Part shown: positions 36,758 to 42,580 of the stretch, in pieces | Layout of the letters: each line of letters opens with the position of its first letter | How positions within the stretch are numbered: position 1 is the stretch's first letter | Assembly (NCBI GenBank): GCA_043812555.1 | Contig: JBDRLZ010000017.1 | Location: 1-47,258 of the forward strand | Source of the DNA: a bacterium | GTDB taxonomy: Bacteria; Patescibacteriota; Minisyncoccia; JBDRLZ01 | Direction of reading: 5' to 3' | DNA length: 47,258 bases | Notes under the pieces: generated by a model | Told to the model about the DNA's origin: nothing | Seen by the model: the letters and a program-made list of their open reading frames with translations, nothing else | Database searches by the model: none | Made by a program: the position numbers and the translations under genes

Positions 36758-37251
36758 TCAAAAGCTACTTTTTCTCTTTCTTTTTTAAAATTCTCAAGCA
36801 TTTGATGAACTTCTGTTTGCATTGTTTTTAATTCTTGTTTAATCCGGCTGGGTGTTTGTTTTTGACGGACTTCTTGCTCTTGTTTAATTTTAGCCAAAGT
36901 TTTTTTAAAATCTTTAAGCCGCAATTTTTCTCCCTTCTTTAACATATCATTAAGATTCCTGACCACGACCATTCCTTCTATGTGAAAATCAGCCAGCATT
37001 TTTTTGACCTTATGTTCTCGCTCTTCCTGGGTAATTAAAATATCCTCCATCATCTTATCAAAATCTTTTTTTCTCAAAGATTCATGCTTTGCCAAGGCTT
37101 CTTTTAATTCCCGGCTTATCTGCTCTCTCTTTTCTTTAAACTCCTCTAACAGCCTCTGGGTATCTTCAGCTATTGCTCCAATCACTTTTATTCGGGCTTT
37201 GTAAGAAGCAACAATATCTTTAGCGATTTTAAAATTATTATTTTCAGGCAT
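36724..37251 (-). CDS. 175-aa coiled-coil protein in the gvpC position, directly downstream of gvpA
   Basis: Highly charged and helical. The internal repeats LRKKDFDKMMEDI and LRLKDFKKTLAKI are 51 aa apart. It is a paralogue of the 129-aa ORF. Confidence 0.55.
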   Translation of the reverse strand: MPENNNFKIAKDIVASYKARIKVIGAIAEDTQRLLEEFKEKREQISRELKEALAKHESLRKKDFDKMMEDILITQEEREHKVKKMLADFHIEGMVVVRNLNDMLKKGEKLRLKDFKKTLAKIKQEQEVRQKQTPSRIKQELKTMQTEVHQMLENFKKEREKVAFEWKNLWSKKEQ

Positions 37252-37340
37252 AAAATTTATTCAAGGCATGCTTTAGCTATAAAGGACTTATTAATGTGCT
37301 TTTTAAGATAAAGGACGCCTTAAATCATTAGGGCTAGCTC

Positions 37341-37547
37341 TTAAGCGGCAGTGGCAGTAAGACCAACAGCTTCGGCATATTTTAGCCAAGTCTCAACAGA
37401 AGCAATTACTATTCGGGCTTCAATTGCCAAGAGTTCAATGCCAACCAAAGAAACTCTTACCCAGGCGTCAATAACAATGCCTTTGTCAAGAATTCGGTCA
37501 ATTACTTCCACTAAACTAGAGCTAGATACTGCTTTTTCTACAGCCAT
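37341..37547 (-). CDS. gvpA: major gas vesicle structural protein GvpA
   Basis: [55 protein letters not shown] is a near-canonical GvpA core. SD AAGGAGG lies 6 nt upstream. Confidence 0.95.
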   Translation of the reverse strand: MAVEKAVSSSSLVEVIDRILDKGIVIDAWVRVSLVGIELLAIEARIVIASVETWLKYAEAVGLTATAA

Positions 37548-37572
37548 GTTTTTCCTCCTTAATTAATAATAA

Positions 37573-37689
37573 TTAAAAAAACCCTCCTCGACCAAAAGGG
37601 TTACCCAAATACAAAAATCCGCGAGCTTTGCTTACTCTCTCTCTCTCTCTCTCTGATAAAACTTTATTTTCCTCCATTTTTTCCTCCAT
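37573..37689 (-). CDS. candidate leaderless 38-codon upstream ORF in the gvpA leader
   Basis: The ATG lies 8 nt after the -10 element. It reads MEEKMEENKVLSERERERVSKARGFLYLGNPFGRGGFF. The ORF spans the (AG)10 tract and the hairpin and stops in the T-run. Confidence 0.3.
   Translation of the reverse strand: MEEKMEENKVLSERERERVSKARGFLYLGNPFGRGGFF
37580..37602 (-). promoter_or_regulatory. terminator/attenuator-like hairpin followed by a T-run, just upstream of the gvpA SD sequence
   Basis: The minus strand reads AACCCTTTT-GGTCG-AGGAGGGTT (9 bp including two G-U pairs), then TTTTTAATT. Confidence 0.45.
37635..37654. repeat. dinucleotide microsatellite (CT)10, which is (AG)10 on the gvpA strand
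   Basis: Read directly. It lies 88-107 nt upstream of the gvpA ATG. Confidence 0.95.
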
Positions 37690-37690
37690 T
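37667..37690. repeat. perfect 12-nt tandem duplication TTTTCCTCCATT x2
   Basis: Read directly. On the gvpA strand it reads AATGGAGGAAAA x2, which gives two in-frame ATGGAGGAA starts. Confidence 0.9.
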
Positions 37691-37697
37691 GATTTCA

Positions 37698-37725
37698 AGT
37701 ATAACATACCCTATTACTTTGCCAA
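37698..37725 (-). promoter_or_regulatory. candidate gvpA promoter TTGGCA-N16-TGtTATACT
   Basis: The -35 is at 37720-37725 and the -10 at 37698-37703, with an upstream TG. It overlaps the last codons of the truncated glycosyltransferase ORF. Confidence 0.45.
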
Positions 37726-38241
37726 GACAAAATCTGTGGATAACTTTTTGTAAATCCTTAAAATTTCTTTAACTTTTTCTCCGGCAATTATAATTTTTTC
37801 GGTTTTTATTTTATGGGTTTTTATTATTTGTTTTCGCAGTTTTTTTGAATCAACAATAATTTTTTTGGCTTTTCTGGCGATCTGCTTCTGCAAAGAGCGC
37901 TCTTTGAATTTTCTTTCTATTTTCCAGAGATTTAAAATTATTTTTCCCGGATAAGTTAAAGGCGCTGTTCCTGATGCGGCATGGAAAATATCTAATCTTT
38001 CTTTGGCTAAAAATGCTGAAACTAAAATCTGTGAATAAGCATAGCTGACAAATTTTCTGTATCTGGAAAATGGGAAGTATTTAATTTTTATATTTTTGGC
38101 TTGATATTTTTCAGCTTGATCCTTGGGAATGCGCGAGTCAAAAAATAAAACATACTGATTGCGTTTATCAAGCTTAACTAAAGCGCTCAATAAACGCTTA
38201 ACATAGCTATTTAAAATTCGTGCGTCAATCCCAATTTTCAT
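37714..38241 (-). pseudogene. glycosyltransferase family 4 N-terminal domain only (C-terminal catalytic half missing)
   Basis: MKIGIDARIL... is a typical GT4/GT1 N-terminus. The ORF ends after 175 aa without the EX7E-containing domain. Confidence 0.45.
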
Positions 38242-38292
38242 ATAGTTTTATTTTAACACATATGATAAAATACAAGCAAGTTAATAAAAAAA

Positions 38293-38375
38293 TCCCTACT
38301 AAGCTGGTAATTGGCTCAGCCCCTCAAAGAGGGGTAAGGAGAGAGATTTTGAACCAATTAACAGCTCACTAGGGA
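38293..38375. other. 83-nt nested inverted repeat (possible structured RNA)
   Basis: The outer arms TCCCTACTAAGCTGGTAATTGG / CCAATTAACAGCTCACTAGGGA pair at 19 of 22 positions. The inner hairpin is CCCCTC-AAA-GAGGGG. Confidence 0.35.
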
Positions 38376-38439
38376 CTTAAACTTGCCTGTATTGTAGCAT
38401 ATTTTAGGCAAAAAGTCAAATTTTCGAACTCGGAAGCAG

Positions 38440-38467
38440 TTGCAAAAAGATTTAGATATGCTATTAT
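38440..38467 (+). promoter_or_regulatory. promoter TTGCAA-N16-TATTAT, 7 nt before the PIN gene ATG
   Basis: The -35 is at 38440-38445 and the -10 at 38462-38467, preceded by TGC. Confidence 0.45.
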
Positions 38468-38474
38468 TTTATTA

Positions 38475-38957
38475 ATGCCCAAGCTAAAGCCTAAAATTTA
38501 TCTTGATACTTCTGTCCCAAGTAATTTTTATGATGCTGATACGCCTGAACAAACAGCTTTAACAAGATTATTCTGGGAAGATTATTTATCTAAATTTCAA
38601 GCATTTATTTCAGAAGCAACGGTTCAAGAAATCAAAAAGACCTCTGATCTTGAAAAACGCAGAAAAACAATACAACTGCTTAATAAATTCAAGATTCTTA
38701 AAATTACTTCTGAAATTGAAAATTTGGCTGGAAACTACTTGAAATCTCAAATTGTTCCTAAATCTCACCCAATTGATGCTCTGCATCTTGCTTGCGCCAC
38801 TTTTTATGAAATAGACTTTTTAGTTACTTGGAATATAACTCATATGGCTAATCCGAATAAGCGCAAAAAATTAACAGAATTTAACAAATCAGCGGATTTA
38901 TTTATTCCTCAATTGACAACCCCCGAAGAATTAATCAAAACTTATGCACAAGAATAA
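38475..38957 (+). CDS. PIN-domain protein (VapC-like ribonuclease)
   Basis: Has IYLDTSV, a mid-protein acidic residue, and DALHLACA...VTWN acidic positions typical of PIN. Confidence 0.6.
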   Translation: MPKLKPKIYLDTSVPSNFYDADTPEQTALTRLFWEDYLSKFQAFISEATVQEIKKTSDLEKRRKTIQLLNKFKILKITSEIENLAGNYLKSQIVPKSHPIDALHLACATFYEIDFLVTWNITHMANPNKRKKLTEFNKSADLFIPQLTTPEELIKTYAQE

Positions 38958-39105
38958 AAAACAATTAAAAGGCGTAGTTGCTAAAATTAGAAAATTCAGA
39001 AATGATGTTTATGAGAAATACATGAAGCGCCACAATAATAAGTTTGATATTCATCAGTTTACTGCTGAATTTCTAAACAAACCCGCTGTTCCCAAAACAG
39101 CCTGA
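38944..39105 (+). CDS. 53-aa small basic protein overlapping the PIN gene 3' end (possible cognate partner; not in the ORF track)
   Basis: ATG at 38944 overlaps the PIN stop region by 14 nt. It reads MHKNKKQLKGVVAKIRKFRNDVYEKYMKRHNNKFDIHQFTAEFLNKPAVPKTA. Confidence 0.35.
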   Translation: MHKNKKQLKGVVAKIRKFRNDVYEKYMKRHNNKFDIHQFTAEFLNKPAVPKTA

Positions 39106-39228
39106 TTTTGATTTTATTTAGTTTTCAAATTTCTCAACGATGCAGATGAGGATCTTTGCCGGCTGTCGGGCCTAAATATTATTACTTGATACCCCGCGGG
39201 CACTCTCTCCTCTACATCGTTCTCCCCC

Positions 39229-39261
39229 AAAAACAGGCATCTCCGGAGAGACGCCTGTTTT
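39229..39261. terminator. strong 14-bp hairpin flanked by A4 and T4 (bidirectional terminator-like)
   Basis: AAAACAGGCATCTC-CGGA-GAGACGCCTGTTTT with one mismatch. Confidence 0.55.
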
Positions 39262-39358
39262 GGCATATATAAATATGATTCATAAATCATATTCTCTCTC
39301 TCCCTTCTAAACTATATTTAAATTTTTAGGTTCTTGACGCTATTTCAGCGTCAGCCAT

Positions 39359-39387
39359 AGTATAGCACATCAAGATAATTTTGTCAA
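39359..39387 (-). promoter_or_regulatory. near-consensus promoter TTGACA-N17-TATACT on the minus strand
   Basis: The -35 is at 39382-39387 and the -10 at 39359-39364. It is copy 1 of a ~45-nt imperfect direct repeat. Confidence 0.5.
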
Positions 39388-39456
39388 GAGCTTTTAGCAT
39401 TTTTAGCGCGTCTCTGTTTTAAACTGCTGTTTTCTGGCTTCTTTATTGTCGCCAAT

Positions 39457-39485
39457 AGCATAGCATATCTTGATAAATTTGTCAA
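39457..39485 (-). promoter_or_regulatory. second copy, TTGACA-N17-TATGCT, on the minus strand
   Basis: The -35 is at 39480-39485 and the -10 at 39457-39462. Confidence 0.45.
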
Positions 39486-39548
39486 GAGTTCTTGGCAATT
39501 TTTATGACTTTCAAAATAATTAAAACTATGCTATGCTTAGCATAACCT

Positions 39549-39995
39549 ATGAAAACCCTAGTTATCAACAGAAGAGCGCGCTATGATTATGAGATTTTTG
39601 AAACCTATGAAGCAGGCTTGGTTTTGTTTGGCCATGAAGTCAAAGCAATAAAAACAGGCAAAGCAAGTTTAAAAAGCAGTTTTGTCAGCCTTAAAAACAG
39701 CGAGCTTTTCTTGACCAATGCCTATATTGCGCCGTATCAGCCAAAAAATACGCCCAAAGATTATGACCCGCAAAGATCAAGAAAGCTGCTTTTAAACAAG
39801 CACGAGATAAGCTCTTTAATCGGCAAATTAAAGCAAAAAGGCTTGACATTAATAGCAATTAGATTATATAATAAAAAAGGCAAAATTAAACTCAATTTCG
39901 GCCTGGCCAAAGGCAAAAGAAAAATTGATAAAAGAGAAAAAATTAAACAAAGAGAGTTTAAAAGGCAAAAAGAACGATTACTAAAGGGCTTGTAA
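39549..39995 (+). CDS. smpB: SsrA-binding protein SmpB
   Basis: Has NRRARYDYEIFETYEAGLVLFGHEVKAIK and a basic C-terminal tail. Confidence 0.9.
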   Translation: MKTLVINRRARYDYEIFETYEAGLVLFGHEVKAIKTGKASLKSSFVSLKNSELFLTNAYIAPYQPKNTPKDYDPQRSRKLLLNKHEISSLIGKLKQKGLTLIAIRLYNKKGKIKLNFGLAKGKRKIDKREKIKQREFKRQKERLLKGL

Positions 39996-40214
39996 AAGAA
40001 TCGACAAAAAGTTTTTTTCAAAATATGCAAGTCGAGCAAAGCTAGTATAACTCGTAAATCTATCTAGCAAATCTAATAAGTGCAGATCAAACAGTAAACT
40101 ATCCTCGAGCTTACGCTTACGCGTACGCTTAAACAAATAGTTGTTCATTAAATAAACTTGTCGAAGTGTTTTAAAAAATCTTTTTAGACGAGGGTGCAAT
40201 TCCCTCCAAGTCCA
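39986..40214 (+). ncRNA. ssrA: transfer-messenger RNA (tmRNA, ssrA), unusually short at about 229 nt
   Basis: The 5' GGGCTTG pairs with the 3' CAAGTCC, giving a G3:U70 wobble (the Ala identity element). The 5' AATCGAC motif is present. The P2 helix is AAAAAG-T-TTTTTT / AAAAAA-T-CTTTTT. The T arm is GAGGG-TGCAATT-CCCTC and the discriminator is A. The tag frame GCA at 40067 to TAA at 40130 encodes ANLISADQTVNYPRAYAYAYA. Confidence 0.7.
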
Positions 40215-40216
40215 CT

Positions 40217-40711
40217 ATCATATACAGAAGAATCAACAATAGAATATTTGCAAAACAAGTTCGCCTAATTGACGAAGTCGGAAAACAGCGAGGCATTGTT
40301 TCAATTCAAGAAGCATTAAGCATTGCCCAAGAGAGCGGGCTTGATTTGGTTGAAGTGGCTCAAAAAGCTAATCCGCCTGTTTGCCGAATAATGGATTACG
40401 GCAAATATAAATATCGAGAAGTCAAAAATCAGAAACAAAAAATAAAAAACAAAAAAATCAAAAGCATTAGAATCAGGTTAGCAACGAGCGAACATGATAT
40501 CCAGACAAAAATTAAAAATGCCCACAGATTTTTAAAAAAAGGACATAAGGTCAGGGTTGAAATTCAATTAAGGGGCCGGGAAAAAGCTCATTATGATTTG
40601 GCTCGAGAAAGATTGCAGGAATTTATTAAACAAATCGACGAAAAAGTTAAGATTGATCAATTTATTAAAAAGTCAATGCGAGGGCTAGATGTAATTGTAT
40701 GCCGAGAGTAA
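40217..40711 (+). CDS. infC: translation initiation factor IF-3 with a non-AUG start (ATC 40217, ATA 40220 or ATT 40199)
   Basis: The frame is open from 40175. It reads [61 protein letters not shown], which is canonical IF-3. The ORF track captures only the part from an internal TTG codon at 40346. Confidence 0.8.
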   Translation: MIYRRINNRIFAKQVRLIDEVGKQRGIVSIQEALSIAQESGLDLVEVAQKANPPVCRIMDYGKYKYREVKNQKQKIKNKKIKSIRIRLATSEHDIQTKIKNAHRFLKKGHKVRVEIQLRGREKAHYDLARERLQEFIKQIDEKVKIDQFIKKSMRGLDVIVCRE

Positions 40712-41049
40712 AAAGAAGCGTTCAAAAACGAAAACGCAGAAAAAATATAATCAAGCAAGCCAAAGGCTATAAGTGGCGAAGAAAAGCGACTTTTAAAGAA
40801 GCTAAGCAGGCTGTTATGAAAGCGCTATCTTATGCTTATCGCGATAGAAAAGCTAAAAAGCGCATTTTTAGAAGAGATTGGCAGGCGCAAATTAATAAAG
40901 CTGTGCGCCAATACGGACTTTCTTACAGCAAGTTTATGAATTTGCTTAAAAAATCAAAAATAGAATTAAATCGCAAAATTCTTGCCCAGCTTTCTAAAGA
41001 ACATCCGGAAATTTTTAAAGAGATTGTTGAGAAAGCGAAGAAGGCTTAA
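40699..41049 (+). CDS. rplT: 50S ribosomal protein L20
   Basis: [28 protein letters not shown]...[11 protein letters not shown]. It overlaps infC by 13 nt. Confidence 0.95.
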   Translation: MPRVKRSVQKRKRRKNIIKQAKGYKWRRKATFKEAKQAVMKALSYAYRDRKAKKRIFRRDWQAQINKAVRQYGLSYSKFMNLLKKSKIELNRKILAQLSKEHPEIFKEIVEKAKKA

Positions 41050-41050
41050 A

Positions 41051-41080
41051 AAGAAACTCCCCTTTTCAGGGGAGTTTCTT
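41051..41080. terminator. perfect 12-bp hairpin between convergent rplT and grpE
   Basis: AAGAAACTCCCC-TTTTCA-GGGGAGTTTCTT. Confidence 0.75.
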
Positions 41081-41085
41081 GATGT

Positions 41086-41421
41086 CTATTTTAGCTTAAC
41101 TCGGGCTGGCCTTAATAATTTCGTGTTTAAAAAATAGCCCTTTTGCAGTACTTGCTCTATCTTATCGCCTTGTCCGGCTATTGCCTCATGAATCTCTGGA
41201 TTAAACTTTTTCGTTGGCACTGCTTTGATATTTAAGCATCGTTTTATTTCTTTGGTCAAGAGCTCTAAGCCGTCTAAAATCGGCAGGATTTTTGAAATTA
41301 CCTCTCCCCTGCCAAGGTCTTTCCAGTCTTTTTGCTTATGCTCAACTTCTTTTTTGAAATTCAAAAAATCAGCCTTGCATCTTTTCCAGCCCTCTAAATA
41401 TTCTTGCGCTTTTTTGGTCAT
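41086..41421 (-). CDS. grpE: nucleotide exchange factor GrpE, truncated form (111 aa)
   Basis: Has KADFLNFKKEVEH, ILPILDGLELL, FNPEIHEAIA and GYFLNTKLLRPARVKL blocks. Confidence 0.75.
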   Translation of the reverse strand: MTKKAQEYLEGWKRCKADFLNFKKEVEHKQKDWKDLGRGEVISKILPILDGLELLTKEIKRCLNIKAVPTKKFNPEIHEAIAGQGDKIEQVLQKGYFLNTKLLRPARVKLK

Positions 41422-41475
41422 ATTATTATTTTAGAAAAAAATTAGAGGGTTGTCAATGACAACCCTCAGTGATTT

Positions 41476-42561
41476 TTATCTTCGCCTTTTTTTGCGGCTC
41501 TCTTCTTCGTCGTCGTCAGTTTTTGCTGGCGCTGACGGCGCTGATTCGCGGCGTTGTTTTATAACAGTTCGCGAACTCGAAGAAGATGCTTTTTGCGCTG
41601 GCGCTGTTTTGCGCTCGGGCTGGACAATACGCACTCGCGAAACACTAGTTTTAATTACTGGCTGTGGCTGATAAGAAGCCTTTGGGCGAGTTATGTCTAC
41701 TCGGCCTCGCGATGCTTCTGGCCGACGGCGTTGGGTTCCAGTGTATTGCACTTGTTCTCGCGATCTTGGCAATTCTCGAACAATAACCGGCATTCGATCG
41801 TCATGATAATGACGAATATGCACTACTCTGTCGGGCCGCCAATGATAGCGATAAACTGGATATGTTCGCACGCGAAAAGCCGCATGCCAGCCAATATACC
41901 AATCGCTATGCCACCAGCCATCATAAACTATATACTCGTATGGTCTAACCGAACTATAGATTGGACCGCGATAATAGTAGTAATAAACCGTTGGTTCTTT
42001 AATTGGCAAATATGCATATTGTGTAATTACGCGAACCTCCGGCTTATAGCGCAAACTTTCCAGCTCGACAAACCGAATATCTAATTTTCTGTTGCTGTCA
42101 GCAATCACATGAATCTCAACTATGCCGTCAGCAATGTAGTTAGCGGCCAAATAAAGCGTTTGCCGTTCTTGGTCTGCTGGCAATTCAAAAGTAATGCCAG
42201 TATCTTGTTCTTGAACAACAAATACTTTGCCTGTTCCGCGATAAGCAATTTGGATTGCCAAAGAGCTGACATTTTTATCAATTTCTTTAAATTGATAAAT
42301 CGCAACTGCCATTGCATTTTCTTCAAAAGACTCTAAGCAAATGCCGTTTTCAAAAATTGCGCTGTCAGTTATTTCTGCTTTGCCGCCAATTGGTCGGAAC
42401 TCATCTGTTTCTCTGCCAAGCCGGCGTTCGCGAGCAAGAAGAGTCTGGCGCTCATAATCATAAACTCGGCCATGCGCCATTTGCATCAGAATCACAAAGA
42501 AGAAAAACATAAGAGCTACCCAGAGCCATAAAAAAATTCTATGCCAAAAAAGATTACGCAT
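41476..42561 (-). CDS. membrane-anchored hypothetical protein with an aromatic/Arg-rich region and a basic Ser/Arg tail
   Basis: ATG at 42561 lies 8 nt after AAGGAGG. It has an N-terminal TM helix, a YYYYYRGPIYSS...WWHSDWYIGWH segment and a C-terminal DDDEEESRKKRRR. It is visibly more G+C-rich than its neighbours. Confidence 0.5.
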   Translation of the reverse strand: MRNLFWHRIFLWLWVALMFFFFVILMQMAHGRVYDYERQTLLARERRLGRETDEFRPIGGKAEITDSAIFENGICLESFEENAMAVAIYQFKEIDKNVSSLAIQIAYRGTGKVFVVQEQDTGITFELPADQERQTLYLAANYIADGIVEIHVIADSNRKLDIRFVELESLRYKPEVRVITQYAYLPIKEPTVYYYYYRGPIYSSVRPYEYIVYDGWWHSDWYIGWHAAFRVRTYPVYRYHWRPDRVVHIRHYHDDRMPVIVRELPRSREQVQYTGTQRRRPEASRGRVDITRPKASYQPQPVIKTSVSRVRIVQPERKTAPAQKASSSSSRTVIKQRRESAPSAPAKTDDDEEESRKKRRR

Positions 42562-42580
42562 TTTTGGCACCTCCTTATTT

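Noticed and set aside
30890-37713. Flanking direct repeats, att sites or mobility genes around the gas-vesicle cluster
   Set aside because: By eye, comparing 30890-30946 with 37548-37713 shows no shared segment. No integrase or transposase is present and the composition matches the flanks. There is therefore no evidence for a recent island.
1893-37743. The DnaA boxes as a replication origin
   Set aside because: The three boxes are 11-25 kb apart with no cluster, no AT-rich unwinding element next to them, and no dnaA or dnaN nearby. This is not an oriC.
39138-39219. Resemblance of GATGAGGA...TCCTCTAC to the fluoride (crcB) riboswitch core
   Set aside because: The element is about 30 nt too long for the ~50-nt aptamer. 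The internal conserved nucleotides do not line up, and no crcB or fluoride-related gene follows.
39114-39290. 58-codon minus-strand ORF (MIYESYLYMPKQASLRRCLFLGEND...) downstream of the duplicated promoters
   Set aside because: Its sequence is dominated by translated hairpin and GC-rich structural elements, and its terminal codons derive from a shared UTR motif. It is more likely RNA structure or a relic than a protein. It is kept only as an alternative in the orphan-module finding.
39761-40199. Track ORFs 39761-40039(-) and 39981-40199(-)
   Set aside because: They overlap smpB and the tmRNA gene on the opposite strand. The region is better explained by smpB plus ssrA.
41450-42512. Plus-strand and alternative-frame ORFs over the 361-aa gene (41450-41671, 41554-42084, 42109-42336, 42120-42326, 42312-42512)
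   Set aside because: The minus-strand ORF has a strong AAGGAGG-N8-ATG start and a TM helix. The others are shadows favoured by the locally higher G+C.
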